Shown one piece after another: positions 8,174-18,393 of a stretch of DNA of 40,520 nucleotides. Below the pieces are notes generated by a model that was not told the DNA's origin, made no database searches, and saw nothing but the letters and a program-made list of their open reading frames with translations. Every line of letters begins with the position of its first letter. Within the stretch, counting starts at the first letter, position 1. The position numbers were made by a program, and so were the translations under genes. The stretch is from an uncultured Ectothiorhodospiraceae bacterium. GTDB taxonomy: Bacteria > Pseudomonadota > Gammaproteobacteria > Nitrococcales > Nitrococcaceae. The stretch spans positions 1-40,520 of the forward strand of contig CAZHBN010000001.1 in NCBI GenBank assembly GCA_964530405.1, in the 5' to 3' direction.

Positions 8174-9301
8174 ATGGATAGCGAATTTCCCCTGGACGAC
8201 GAGCTCATCTACCTCAACCACGCTGGCGTCGGCCCCTGGCCCGCGCGTACGGCGCAGGCGGTGAGCGCTTTTGCCGCCGTCAACGCCCGCCGCGGGGCCG
8301 CCGAATACCCGCAGTGGCTTCACGAGGAGCAACGGCTGCGCGAGCAGCTCGCCCGCCTGGTCGGCACCCCCGACCCGGAGGACATCGCCCTGGTGAAGAA
8401 CACCTCGGAAGGCCTTTCCCTGGTCGCTCACGGCCTGCTCTGGCGTCCCGGCGATAACGTCGTCATCAACGACCTGGAATTCCCGTCCAACCGCATGGCG
8501 TGGGAATCCCTCGCCGAGCGTTACGGCGTGGAGATCCGCGACGTAAGTATCGAAAACGCCGACGATCCGGAAGGCGCACTCATCGCGGCAATGGACGAGC
8601 ACACGCGGGTGCTGCCGGTGAGTGCTGTGCAGTATGGCAACGGCCTGCGCATGGATCTCGCCCGGCTGGGGGAAGCCTGCAACGACCTCGGTGTGCTCTA
8701 CTGCGTGGACGCCATTCAGATACTGGGCGCCCTGCCGTTCGACGCCGAGGCCATTGGTGCGGATTTCGTCATCGCTGACGGCCACAAGTGGATGCTCGGC
8801 CCCGAGGGGCTCGGCGTGTTCTATGCGCGTCCTGCCGCCCGTGAGGCGCTGACACTCCGCCAGTATGGCTGGCACATGGCCGAGGCGCTGGGTGACTTCG
8901 ACCGCAAGGAATGGGAGCCGGCAGACTCGGCACGCCGCTTTGAGGCCGGAAGCCCCAACATGCTGGGCATCCACGCGCTGGCCGCGAGCCTTTCCCTGTT
9001 CGAGGAGATCGGGATGCACGAGGTCGGTCGCCGGGTCATGACGAATGCCGCGACCCTGCTCGAGCGCATCGATGCCGAACCCCGCCTGAGCGCCGTAACC
9101 CCCCATGAGGATGAGCGCCATGCGGGCATCGTTACGTTTCAGGTAGCGAACGCCGACCCCGAGCGTCTGCTCACGAGGCTACGTGCCGACGGCATTCCCT
9201 GCGCCGCACGGGCCGGCGGTATTCGGTTCTCGCCTCACTTCTACAACACCACGGAACAACTCCAGCGCGCCGTGGACGCGGTATTAGCCTGCCAGGCCTG
9301 A
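8174..9301 (+). CDS. Class V PLP-dependent enzyme (aminotransferase-V / C-S lyase family)
   Basis: YLNHAGVGP, KNTSEG, EFPSN, VDAIQ, ADGHKWMLGP (PLP lysine), RFEAGSPN, IRFSPHFYN. Starts 11 bp after traB. Confidence 0.88.
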   Translation: MDSEFPLDDELIYLNHAGVGPWPARTAQAVSAFAAVNARRGAAEYPQWLHEEQRLREQLARLVGTPDPEDIALVKNTSEGLSLVAHGLLWRPGDNVVINDLEFPSNRMAWESLAERYGVEIRDVSIENADDPEGALIAAMDEHTRVLPVSAVQYGNGLRMDLARLGEACNDLGVLYCVDAIQILGALPFDAEAIGADFVIADGHKWMLGPEGLGVFYARPAAREALTLRQYGWHMAEALGDFDRKEWEPADSARRFEAGSPNMLGIHALAASLSLFEEIGMHEVGRRVMTNAATLLERIDAEPRLSAVTPHEDERHAGIVTFQVANADPERLLTRLRADGIPCAARAGGIRFSPHFYNTTEQLQRAVDAVLACQA

Positions 9302-9326
9302 CCACCGGCGACGCCGCGGACCCGAT

Positions 9327-10115
9327 TCAGGCGACCGTACGCGCAGCGGGAAAGAGTCGGTAGAAGTTCTCGGTGGTGGCCTCGGCCACGGCATCCAGAC
9401 TCAGGCCCCGCACCTGCGCGAGGCACTCGGCGACGTGCCGCACCCAGGCCGGCCGGTTCTCCTTGCCACGGTGCGGGACCGGCGCGAGATAGGGGCAATC
9501 CGTCTCGATGAGCAGACGGTCCAGCGGAATGCGCGCGGCCGTATCCCGCAACGCGTCGGCATTACGGAAAGTGATAATGCCCGAGAGCGACAGGTAGAAT
9601 CCCTCGTCGAGGAGTGCCCGCGCCGTCGGCCAGTCCTCGGTGAAGCAGTGGATGATACCACCGACCTCGGATGCCCGCTCTTCGCGCAGGATCGTCACCG
9701 TATCCTCCGGTGCCGCACGCGTATGCACGATGATCGGCTTGCCGGCGAGATGCGCGGCACGCACGTGCCGCCGAAACCGCTCACGTTGCCAGGCCGGCCT
9801 GTCTACGTTGTACGCATAGTCGAGCCCGGATTCGCCGATAGCGACGATCCGCGGATGCTCCGCCAACGCGGCCAGCGCTTCCGGCTCCGGATCCGCCCCC
9901 GTGCCGCTCGGGTGTACACCGATGGAGGTGGATATCTCCGGATGCCGTTCCGCGAGCGCCACCAGCGCGTCGCGGCTTTCCACGTCCACCGCCACGTTGA
10001 GGAAATGCTCCACACCATCGGCTTTCGCCGCGGCGAGAGCCGCATCGGTGTCGGCGTTGTCCTCAAGCAGGTGGAAGTGGCAATGCGAGTCGACCAGCAA
10101 GCTGCCTCCTGTCAC
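9327..10115 (-). CDS. ycfH: TatD-family metal-dependent DNase (YcfH-like)
   Basis: DSHCH, GESGLDY, IVHTR, IIHCFT, ETDCPYLAP. Canonical position after holB-pilZ. Confidence 0.93.
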   Translation of the reverse strand: MTGGSLLVDSHCHFHLLEDNADTDAALAAAKADGVEHFLNVAVDVESRDALVALAERHPEISTSIGVHPSGTGADPEPEALAALAEHPRIVAIGESGLDYAYNVDRPAWQRERFRRHVRAAHLAGKPIIVHTRAAPEDTVTILREERASEVGGIIHCFTEDWPTARALLDEGFYLSLSGIITFRNADALRDTAARIPLDRLLIETDCPYLAPVPHRGKENRPAWVRHVAECLAQVRGLSLDAVAEATTENFYRLFPAARTVA

Positions 10116-10471
10116 ATGGTGTGGGTGGGACGCTCGGATTCCAGGGCACCGGCGAGGTAGGTCTCGATCTTGGTACGCGCCGGACCGCCATCCTGGTCAG
10201 TGAACTGCACACCGATTCCGGCGGTACGGTTGCCCTGGGCGCCGCGGGGGGTGATCCACACGACCTTGCCCACCACCGGGATCTTCTCGGTCTCCTCCAT
10301 GAGCGAGAGGAGAATGAAGACCTCGTCGCCGAGCTCATAGTGGTTGGTCGTAGGCACGAACAGCCCACCGTTCTTGACGTGGTGCATGTACGCGGCGTAC
10401 AGCGCATTCTTGTCCCGGATGGCGAGTGACAGGATGCCCTGCCGCCCACCGCTGCGACTACCCTGGGCCAT
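10112..10471 (-). CDS. pilZ: Type IV pilus assembly protein PilZ
   Basis: GILSLAIRDK...LYAAYM...NGGLFVPT...VVWITP...GIGVQF...RPTHTM. Lies between holB and tatD. Confidence 0.95.
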   Translation of the reverse strand: MAQGSRSGGRQGILSLAIRDKNALYAAYMHHVKNGGLFVPTTNHYELGDEVFILLSLMEETEKIPVVGKVVWITPRGAQGNRTAGIGVQFTDQDGGPARTKIETYLAGALESERPTHTM

Positions 10472-11474
10472 GTTTATCCCTCGTTCGACGGCGCGTGTAC
10501 TCGATCCACTCGGCGAACAGCCCCTCGACCATCAGCGTGACGTTCAGCGGCTGCTCGGCCTCGGCGCGGCGCTGCGTGGCCAGCTCGTAGAATGCCTGCA
10601 GGTCGCCACAGTCTACCTGCGCAGCCAGACGCGGCAAGGCGTCGAGCCGCGGCCCCCGCAGGCCCTGCGGGCCAGCGGCGGCGCAGCGCTGGATCTCCGC
10701 CAGCGCGATCTGCAGCAGCTCCACCACGGCCGTGCGCTCCATGTCCTGCCATTCCGCCGCGGCAGTCACTGCTGACAGGTTGCCGTTGCGCAGTGCATCG
10801 AGCTGGCCGACGAGCATCTCATAGCGGGCTTCAATCCCTGCCTCGGCGAGGGACATCGCCCGCAACGGCGCTCCGCCAGCAAGCCCTAGGAGTCGCTCCG
10901 CGCCGGTGCCGACCTGGTCCCGCAACCACGCTCCAGCGACGGTGGGGTCCGGCGCGTGTACCGCCATGCTCTGACAACGACTGCGGATAGTCGCCGGCAG
11001 TCGCGCCGGGCGCTCGCTCACCAGGATCAGAACCGCGTTCGCCGGCGGCTCCTCGAGCGTTTTCAGGAGCGCGTTGGCCGCGTGCAGATTCATGGCATCC
11101 GCCCGCGGCACTATCACCACGCGAAAGCGGCCGTACTGGCTGGAGAGGTTCACGAACTCCTGCAGAGCCCGGATCTGGTCCACGCGAATAGCGCTGCGTC
11201 CCTTCTCGACGGTCGCCCGCAGCAGATCCGGATGGGCCTCGGCACGATAAAGCCGGCAGCCATGACAGCCGCCACAGGCCTCGCCCGACTGGGCGCGAGA
11301 CTCGCACAGCAGGCTCGCCGCCACGCGTTCAGCAAGCCGTGCCTTGCCGATTCCCGCCGGACCATGCAGAAGCACAGCATGGGGCATACGACCGGTGCCG
11401 ATCTGGGCGCCAATCCGGCGCCAGGCATCGTCGTGCCAAGGCATGCCCCGGGAATCGGCGGTAACGACACTCAT
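10458..11474 (-). CDS. holB: DNA polymerase III subunit delta'
   Basis: HAVLLHGPAGIGK, Zn module CGGCHGC, HPD, ANALLKTLEEP, TIRSRC. ATG 11474 overlaps the tmk stop (ATGA). Confidence 0.95.
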   Translation of the reverse strand: MSVVTADSRGMPWHDDAWRRIGAQIGTGRMPHAVLLHGPAGIGKARLAERVAASLLCESRAQSGEACGGCHGCRLYRAEAHPDLLRATVEKGRSAIRVDQIRALQEFVNLSSQYGRFRVVIVPRADAMNLHAANALLKTLEEPPANAVLILVSERPARLPATIRSRCQSMAVHAPDPTVAGAWLRDQVGTGAERLLGLAGGAPLRAMSLAEAGIEARYEMLVGQLDALRNGNLSAVTAAAEWQDMERTAVVELLQIALAEIQRCAAAGPQGLRGPRLDALPRLAAQVDCGDLQAFYELATQRRAEAEQPLNVTLMVEGLFAEWIEYTRRRTRDKHGPG

Positions 11475-12109
11475 ACCAGGTGACCGAAGGCCGTCTCCAG
11501 GTTCGCCTCGATGCGCTGCTGCACCTGGGCGAGACTGGTGGACGCATCGATGAGGCGCATGCGTTCGGGGTGTGCCGCGCAACGATGGCGATATACCGCA
11601 CGGGCACGTTCGAAAAACGCCTCACGCTCGCTCTCGAATCGGTCCGGCGCGCTGCGCGCCGCCGCGCGCTTCAGCCCATCGCGCACGGGCACGTCCAGAT
11701 AAAGCGTCAGGTCCGGGCGCAGCCGCCCCTGAACCCATTGCTCCAATGGCTCGATCCGTTCCTCCCCCAGCTCCCGACCGCCACCCTGGTAGGCATAGGT
11801 GGCATCGGTGAAGCGATCACACACCACCCAGTGCCCCGCCGCCAGTGCCGGTCGCACGACCTCCGCCAGGTGCTCCGCACGGGCCGCAAAAATAAGCAGC
11901 GTTTCGCTCTCGGCAGTCATGCCGCTGTACTGGTGGTCGAGCAGGACCCCCCGCACCGCCTCACCCAGCCTGGTGCCGCCCGGCTCGCGCGTGACAACCG
12001 GGTCGATACCCCGCTGCGTCAGCCAGTCACGTATCGTTGCCAGGCACGTGCTCTTGCCGGCACCTTCCAGCCCCTCAATGGTGATAAAGCGCGCTCCCGC
12101 TGCGCTCAT
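11471..12109 (-). CDS. tmk: Thymidylate kinase
   Basis: FITIEGLEGAGKST P-loop, TREPGGT, CDRFTDATYAYQGGGR, DRFE. Confidence 0.97.
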   Translation of the reverse strand: MSAAGARFITIEGLEGAGKSTCLATIRDWLTQRGIDPVVTREPGGTRLGEAVRGVLLDHQYSGMTAESETLLIFAARAEHLAEVVRPALAAGHWVVCDRFTDATYAYQGGGRELGEERIEPLEQWVQGRLRPDLTLYLDVPVRDGLKRAAARSAPDRFESEREAFFERARAVYRHRCAAHPERMRLIDASTSLAQVQQRIEANLETAFGHLV

Positions 12110-12112
12110 AGA

Positions 12113-13126
12113 TCAGTTCTCTCCCAGTTGATAGCGACGTACCGCCCGGTTGTGAGCCTCGAGTGTCGCCGAGAACACATGACTGCCGTCGCCGCGGGCG
12201 ACGAAATAGAGAGCGTCCCCCTCGGCCGGATGCAGCGCCGCGTGTATGCTCGCGCGCCCCGGCAGCGCAATCGGTGTGGGTGGCAGTCCGCTGCGTGTAT
12301 AGGTGTTGTAGGGGGTATCCGCACGCAGATCGCGCCGCCGGAGATTACCGTCGAACGCCTCGCCCAACCCGTAGATGACCGTGGGATCGGTTTGAAGACG
12401 CATCCCCTTGCGAAGCCGGCGTGTAAAAACGCCCGCGATGCGCTGACGCTCGTCGGCCACGGCCGTCTCCTTCTCGATGATGGAGGCCAGGATCAGCGCT
12501 TCGTAGGGGGACTCCAGCGGCAGGCCGTCGGCACGTCCGGCCCACTCGTCCGCGAGCACGCGTTCCATGGCGTCGTGCGCCCGTTGCAGGATCTCGCGGT
12601 CCGTCGTGCCACGCGTGAAATGATAGGTTTCCGGCAGGAACCGCCCCTCGGGGTGCTCGCCGGATAGCTCGAGTGCAGCCATGAGCGCCCCTGGCGCACG
12701 CGCCTGCAGGGTCGTCTCGATGGCTTCGTGATCGTGCACTGCCGCGAGCAGCTCCCGATAGTTCCAGCCCTCGACCACGGTCAGCCGGTACCGCACCACC
12801 TCACCGCTGACCATCCTGCCAAGCAATGCCAAAGCCGTCATGCCCGGCTCGACGCGGTACTCGCCGGCCTGGATGCGGGATGCCGCTCCGGAATACCGGG
12901 CGTACAGCCGCAACGGCCAGGGCGAATCCAGAAGGCCCGACGCTGTCAGTCGCCTGGCAAGCGCGGCAAAGCTGGTGCCCGGCTCGACAGTGACCACCCG
13001 CGAAGCCCCTCCGTCGGGAATCAGCGCGCGATCAGCGAGGTCGCGATAGCTCTGCCAACCCACGGCGGCGATACCGGCAACGACGACCACCGCCAGCAGC
13101 AACACAATGACAATGACCCGTTTCAT
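12113..13126 (-). CDS. mltG: Endolytic transglycosylase MltG (YceG)
   Basis: N-terminal TM anchor from ATG 13126 (MKRVIVIVLL), IQAGEY, EGRFLPETY, ASIIEKET (catalytic Glu), LQTDPTVIY, YNTY...GLPPTPI. Confidence 0.95.
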   Translation of the reverse strand: MKRVIVIVLLLAVVVVAGIAAVGWQSYRDLADRALIPDGGASRVVTVEPGTSFAALARRLTASGLLDSPWPLRLYARYSGAASRIQAGEYRVEPGMTALALLGRMVSGEVVRYRLTVVEGWNYRELLAAVHDHEAIETTLQARAPGALMAALELSGEHPEGRFLPETYHFTRGTTDREILQRAHDAMERVLADEWAGRADGLPLESPYEALILASIIEKETAVADERQRIAGVFTRRLRKGMRLQTDPTVIYGLGEAFDGNLRRRDLRADTPYNTYTRSGLPPTPIALPGRASIHAALHPAEGDALYFVARGDGSHVFSATLEAHNRAVRRYQLGEN

Positions 13127-13151
13127 GTCCAGACCGAACGCTCCATGCGCC

Positions 13152-13976
13152 CTACACCGGTACCGCCACCCACGCTCGCTCCACCATGTGCGAGAGCATG
13201 CGATGGCCGTACTCGAAGCTGCGCCAGTGGCAGTTGCCGAACGCGCGAATCGGCCAGAGTCCGATGAGACTGTTGGTAAGCCAGAGCTCGTCGGCACCTT
13301 CCAGCTCGCCCCAGGATATCGGGCCAACCCGCGCCTTGAGGCCGAGGGCGCCGGCCTCGGCGATCACCCGTTGCCGCATGATGCCCGCCACGCCCTGGCG
13401 CGCCAGAGACGGCGTCCGCAGCTCCCATCCGAAACGCGCGAACAGATTCGTGACCGTACCTTCTACCACGCGGCCGGCCGCATCGGCCATCAACCCTTCG
13501 GCGATTTCCGAGTCCCGCCACTCGGTGCGGGCGATAACCTGCTCCAGACGATTGAGGTGCTTGATCCCGGCGAGCGCGGGCTGGTCAGCGAGGCATGTCC
13601 GGCAGGCGATCACCCGCACGCCACTCTGCCACCAGTGTGGCGGTCGCGCGGGGACGGACGTGCGGTGTGCAAGCACCCGGGGCTGGGGACTTGCGGGCGG
13701 CTGGTAGCCACGGCCGCCGCTGCCACGGGTGACGATGAGCTTGATAACACCATCGGCACCACCGGCGAGCGCTTCCACCTCGCGATCGAGCATGGCCCGC
13801 ACCGGCGGCGCGAAACCGAGCCGCTGGCAGCCACGTTCCAGCCGTCGACGGTGAGCGGGCCATAAGGCTGGTTGCCCGGCAACCACGGCAATGGTCTCGA
13901 AAACGCCGTCACCGTAAGCGAGCCCACGATCATCGGGCGCCACGCAGGCCCGGGGCTCACCGTCGACACGCCACAT
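13152..13976 (-). CDS. pabC: 4-amino-4-deoxychorismate lyase
   Basis: DRGLAYGDGVFET, RGSGGRGY, GIKHLNRLEQV, EGTVTNLF, GVAGIMR. Between fabF and mltG. Confidence 0.94.
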   Translation of the reverse strand: MWRVDGEPRACVAPDDRGLAYGDGVFETIAVVAGQPALWPAHRRRLERGCQRLGFAPPVRAMLDREVEALAGGADGVIKLIVTRGSGGRGYQPPASPQPRVLAHRTSVPARPPHWWQSGVRVIACRTCLADQPALAGIKHLNRLEQVIARTEWRDSEIAEGLMADAAGRVVEGTVTNLFARFGWELRTPSLARQGVAGIMRQRVIAEAGALGLKARVGPISWGELEGADELWLTNSLIGLWPIRAFGNCHWRSFEYGHRMLSHMVERAWVAVPV

Positions 13977-13992
13977 GGCGCGCTGCCGCTCC

Positions 13993-15234
13993 TCAGTCCA
14001 GGGCCCGGAAAATCACCGTGCCGTTGGTTCCGCCGAATCCGAACGAATTCGACAGAACGCTGCGGACCCTGGCTTCCCGTGCCGTATTGGCAACGATGTC
14101 GAGGTCGATGCCCTCGTCCATCGACGCGAGGTTGATGGTCGGGGGGATCACCTGGTCGCGCAGCGTCAGGACACTGAACACGGCCTCGACACCGCCTGCC
14201 GCCCCGAGGAGATGACCGGTCATGGACTTCGTCGAAGTCACCGGGATGTTGCGGGCATGCTCGCCGAACGCCCCCCGGACCGCGTCCGCCTCGGCACGAT
14301 CGCCGAGCGGTGTCGAGGTCCCATGCGCGTTGATGTGATCGACCTCGTCAGGGTTCATGCCGGCGTCGCGCAAAGCGTTGCGCATGCACCGCATCGCCCC
14401 TTCGCCACCTTCCGGCGGCTGGGTCATGTGGTGGGCATCCCCGCTCATGCCGAACCCGCTGACCTCGGCATAGATGCGCGCGCCACGAGCCTTGGCGTGC
14501 TCGTATTCCTCGAGCACGAGGACCCCCGCACCGTCGCCCAGCACGAAACCGTCACGCTCGCGATCCCACGGCCGGCTGGCGCCCAGGGGATCATCATTGC
14601 GGGTGGACAACGCCCGGGCCGCCGCGAACCCCCCGAGCCCGGTGGGCGTTATGGCGTACTCGGCGCCTCCGGCGATCATCACGTCGGCGTCGCCGTAAGC
14701 GATGAGCCGTGCCGACTGGCCGACGCTGTGGGTACCGGTCGTGCAGGCCGTGACCGTGGCGAGATTCGGCCCCTTGATCCCGAGCATGATGGAGAGATTG
14801 CCCGAGATCATGTTGATGATGGCACTCGGGATGAAAAACGGAGAGATCTTGCGCGGACCGCCGTCGAGGTAGGACTTGTGCCCCTTCTCGATACCGCTGA
14901 TACCGCCGATGCCCGAACCGACCGCCACACCCACGCGCTCGGCGTTTTCCGCAGTGATCTCAAGCCCCGCGTCGCGAACCGCGTCCACGGAGGCGCCAAT
15001 GCCGTAATGGATGAAGGGATCCATCTTGCGCGCCTCTTTCGTGGAGAGATAGTCCTCCACCGAGAAGCCGCTCACTTCGCCACCGAAACGAACCGAGAAC
15101 GCCGACACATCGAATGCCTCGATGGGCGCGATACCGCTCGTGCCGCTGACAATGTTCCGCCACGCCCCTTCGAGCGTGCTCCCGACCGGAGAGACGATCC
15201 CCAGCCCCGTTACTACTACACGGCGTTTCGCCAC
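13993..15234 (-). CDS. fabF: Beta-ketoacyl-ACP synthase II
   Basis: [15 protein letters not shown] (Cys), [26 protein letters not shown]. Confidence 0.97.
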   Translation of the reverse strand: MAKRRVVVTGLGIVSPVGSTLEGAWRNIVSGTSGIAPIEAFDVSAFSVRFGGEVSGFSVEDYLSTKEARKMDPFIHYGIGASVDAVRDAGLEITAENAERVGVAVGSGIGGISGIEKGHKSYLDGGPRKISPFFIPSAIINMISGNLSIMLGIKGPNLATVTACTTGTHSVGQSARLIAYGDADVMIAGGAEYAITPTGLGGFAAARALSTRNDDPLGASRPWDRERDGFVLGDGAGVLVLEEYEHAKARGARIYAEVSGFGMSGDAHHMTQPPEGGEGAMRCMRNALRDAGMNPDEVDHINAHGTSTPLGDRAEADAVRGAFGEHARNIPVTSTKSMTGHLLGAAGGVEAVFSVLTLRDQVIPPTINLASMDEGIDLDIVANTAREARVRSVLSNSFGFGGTNGTVIFRALD

Positions 15235-15256
15235 GGGGTACCTCCGCTTACGGCCA

Positions 15257-15294
15257 TCAAAACAGCACAGGGCCGGATTGCCCCGGCCCTGTGC
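15257..15294 (-). terminator. Intrinsic terminator after acpP
   Basis: 12-bp perfect stem gcacagggccgg/ccggccctgtgc (15265-15294) followed on the - strand by TGTTTT. Confidence 0.75.
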
Positions 15295-15335
15295 CCCGAA
15301 ATCGGACGCAGCCGTATACTGCGTCAGTGCATCGG

Positions 15336-15575
15336 CTACTGCTCGAGATTAGCGTTGATGTAGTCGATGGCCTGCTGCACGGTGGTGATCTTCTCGGCTT
15401 CCTCGTCCGGGATCTCGCACTCGAACTCTTCCTCGAGGGCCATCACCAGCTCCACCGTATCCAGCGAGTCGGCGCCGAGATCGTCGACGAAGGAGGCTTC
15501 AGAGTTCACCTCTTCCTCCTTCACCCCCAGCTGCTCCACGACGATCTTCTTCACGCGCTCTTCAATACTGCTCAT
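15336..15575 (-). CDS. acpP: Acyl carrier protein
   Basis: [11 protein letters not shown]...[20 protein letters not shown] (phosphopantetheine Ser). GGAGG SD. Confidence 0.99.
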   Translation of the reverse strand: MSSIEERVKKIVVEQLGVKEEEVNSEASFVDDLGADSLDTVELVMALEEEFECEIPDEEAEKITTVQQAIDYINANLEQ

Positions 15576-15691
15576 TTTGATCCTTCCTCCCGAGTGTGGA
15601 AAGTTCCGACCCGCCTTGGCGGCCCCCAGCGTCAGACCCCGGGCCGAATGCGGGCGTATTTTAGGGGAAGCGTTCCGGCCATGCCACCGGA

Positions 15692-16438
15692 TCAGCTCAT
15701 GTGCAGACCGCCATTGACGTTAAGCGTCTCCCCCGTGATGAACGCACCGGCCGGCGAGGCCAGATACACGACCGCGGCAGCGATGTCCTCGGGTGCTCCA
15801 AGCCGACCCAGCGGGGTTTGCGCGAGCAGCGCTTCGCGCTGGGCCCCCGGCAACTCATTGGTCATATCCGTGGCGATGAACCCGGGTGCGACCGTATTCA
15901 CGGTCACCCCGCGGCTGCCCACCTCCCGGGCGAGCGACCGCGTCATGCCCATGACACCCGCCTTCGCGGCAGCATAGTTGGTCTGCCCGCTATTGCCCAT
16001 GAGGCCCACCACGGAGGCGATATTGACGATCCGGCCGTGGCGCGCCTTCATCATGCCGCGCAGCACCGCCTTGCTCATCCGGTAAACCGAGCTCAGGTTC
16101 GTATCGATGATCGAGTCCCACTCGTCATCCTTCATGCGCATGAGCAGGTTGTCGCGCGTGATGCCGGCATTGTTCACCAGCACACTCGGCGTACCGAAGC
16201 GCTCGGTCACCGCCTTGACGGTTTCCTGGACGCTGTCTGCATCGGTCACGTCGAGCCGCAGTCCCGCGCCATCGATTCCCGCTTCCGCAAGATAGGCGCC
16301 GATCAACTCGGCCCCTTTCCCCGAGGTCGCCGTACCAACGACGCGCGCCCCTGCCGCTCCCAGCGCCAGCGCAATAGCGCGCCCGATTCCGCGACTCGCG
16401 CCCGTCACGAGCGCAACTTCATTATCCAGCGAAAACAT
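15692..16438 (-). CDS. fabG: 3-oxoacyl-ACP reductase
   Basis: [37 protein letters not shown]. Confidence 0.98.
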   Translation of the reverse strand: MFSLDNEVALVTGASRGIGRAIALALGAAGARVVGTATSGKGAELIGAYLAEAGIDGAGLRLDVTDADSVQETVKAVTERFGTPSVLVNNAGITRDNLLMRMKDDEWDSIIDTNLSSVYRMSKAVLRGMMKARHGRIVNIASVVGLMGNSGQTNYAAAKAGVMGMTRSLAREVGSRGVTVNTVAPGFIATDMTNELPGAQREALLAQTPLGRLGAPEDIAAAVVYLASPAGAFITGETLNVNGGLHMS

Positions 16439-17388
16439 CAGCTTGCACCACCTTCCTCGAGCGCCGCTTCAAGCGTTTTGGGATCCATGACCGGTTTAAT
16501 CGGCATACGGCGCTCGATGCGCCGGTTGAGCCCGGTGAGCACCTTGCCCGGCCCCGCCTCCACGAGACGCGTTACGCCCCGCTCGCGCATGGCGTGGATC
16601 GTCTCCACCCAGCGCACGGGATTGAACAGCTGGCGCACGAGCCGATCGCGGATGCTCTCGGCCGACTCCGCCACCGCCACGTCCACATTGTGCAAAACCG
16701 GAATTCGCGGCGAAGACAGCGTTACCGCCGCAAGACGCTCATCGAGCCGCTGCGAAGCGGGTTCCATCAGGCTACAGTGCGAGGGCACGCTCACCGGCAG
16801 CGTCACTGCCCCCTTGGCCCCGGCCTCCTTGGCGCGCGCTACCGCACGCTCCACCGCCGCCCTTGCCCCGGCGACCACCACCTGCCCCGGCGCGTTGTAG
16901 TTGACGGCGGAGACGACCTCGTTGCCGCGGGCCGCTTCGCAAACCTCGCGGACCTGCTCGTCCTCGAGCCCGAGAATGGCAGCCATCGCGCCTTCTCCTG
17001 CCGGAACGGCTTCCTGCATGAAGCGTCCGCGATCATGAACCACACGCGCTGCGTCCTCGAAGTCCAATGCTTCGGCGCAAACCAGCGCGGTGTATTCCCC
17101 CAGACTATGGCCGGCCAGGATGGCCGGCGCCGGTCCGCCACGGGCGCACCAGACACGCCAGACCGCCACCCCCGCCGCCAGCAGCACTGGCTGGGTGAGA
17201 TCCGTCCGGTTGAGGGACTCCTCCGGGCCTTCCTGGCTCAAACGCCAGAGGTCGGTGCCGACAGCGTCCGATGCCTGCTCGAAGGTCTCCCGGACCAGCC
17301 GTTCGCTGGCCGCCAGCTCCGCCAGCATCCCGACCGACTGCGATCCCTGGCCGGGAAACACGAAGCCCAGGTTCGTGTCCGTGTGCAT
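16438..17388 (-). CDS. fabD: Malonyl-CoA:ACP transacylase
   Basis: FPGQGSQ, GHSLGEY, RGRFMQ, VSVPSH, GPGKVL. Confidence 0.98.
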   Translation of the reverse strand: MHTDTNLGFVFPGQGSQSVGMLAELAASERLVRETFEQASDAVGTDLWRLSQEGPEESLNRTDLTQPVLLAAGVAVWRVWCARGGPAPAILAGHSLGEYTALVCAEALDFEDAARVVHDRGRFMQEAVPAGEGAMAAILGLEDEQVREVCEAARGNEVVSAVNYNAPGQVVVAGARAAVERAVARAKEAGAKGAVTLPVSVPSHCSLMEPASQRLDERLAAVTLSSPRIPVLHNVDVAVAESAESIRDRLVRQLFNPVRWVETIHAMRERGVTRLVEAGPGKVLTGLNRRIERRMPIKPVMDPKTLEAALEEGGAS

Positions 17389-17412
17389 GAACTCCTCGTC
17401 GAATAGTAACCG

Positions 17413-18393
17413 TCAGTAGCGAATCAGCGCCGATCCCCACGTGAACCCGGCACCGAATGCCTCCAGCAGGAGCACTTGTCCGGGCTGGATTCGACCGTCA
17501 CGAACGGCCACGTCCAGCGCGAGGGGAATGGAAGCTGCAGAGGTATTGCCGTGTCGATCCACGGTCACGACGACCCTTTCCATCGGCATTCCGAGCTTAC
17601 GCGCGGTCGCGGCCATGATCCGGATGTTCGCCTGGTGTGGTACGAGCCAGTCGATATCGCCACGCCCCAGGCCGTTCGCCGCCAGCGTCTCGTCGACCAC
17701 GGCGCCGAGTGTGCGCACCGCGACCTTGAACACTTCATTGCCGCGCATCGTGACCTTGCCGGCGGCCGGATCGTCGAAAACGGTGTCGTAACCCTTCGCC
17801 ACACCCCACGGAACATTGAGCAATGGCTCCTGACGACCGTCGGCATGGAGATGAGTGGAGAGAACGCCCGCCGACTCCGAACGCTCCAGCACCACCGCGC
17901 CGGCGCCATCGCCGAACAGTACGCAGGTGGAGCGGTCTTCCCAGTTGAGAATGCGGGAGAACGTCTCCGCCCCGATCACCAGCGCGCGGCGGGCGCCGCC
18001 GGTTTTCACGAACCGGTTCGCGATATCCAGGGCGTAAACAAAACCGGAGCACGCGGCCGCCACATCGAAAGCGATGGAACCACCGGGTATACCCAGGCGT
18101 TGCTGAATGAGACAGGCCGTGCTGGGGAAAACCTGATCCGGCGTCGACGTGGCGAGTATGACTAGATCGATGCTCTCGGCGGGTATCCCCGCCGCGTCGA
18201 GGGCGCAGCGGGCGGCAGCGGTGGACAGGTCGCCACAGGTCTCACCGGGCGCGGCGATATGGCGCTGACAGATGCCGGTACGTTCACGTATCCACTCGTC
18301 CGAGGTATCGACCAACGCCTCCAGCTCGCGATTGGTCATGACCCGCTCGGGCAGGTAACTGCCCGTGCCCCGGATACGTGCGTATACGCTCAC
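17413..18393 (-). CDS. fabH: Beta-ketoacyl-ACP synthase III
   Basis: [19 protein letters not shown] (Cys), PHQANIRI (His), GNTSAAS (Asn), FGAGFTWG. Confidence 0.98.
   Translation of the reverse strand: MSVYARIRGTGSYLPERVMTNRELEALVDTSDEWIRERTGICQRHIAAPGETCGDLSTAAARCALDAAGIPAESIDLVILATSTPDQVFPSTACLIQQRLGIPGGSIAFDVAAACSGFVYALDIANRFVKTGGARRALVIGAETFSRILNWEDRSTCVLFGDGAGAVVLERSESAGVLSTHLHADGRQEPLLNVPWGVAKGYDTVFDDPAAGKVTMRGNEVFKVAVRTLGAVVDETLAANGLGRGDIDWLVPHQANIRIMAATARKLGMPMERVVVTVDRHGNTSAASIPLALDVAVRDGRIQPGQVLLLEAFGAGFTWGSALIRY

Noticed and set aside
10112-10471. PilZ as a c-di-GMP receptor
   Set aside because: It lacks the RxxxR switch and matches the pilus-assembly PilZ type.
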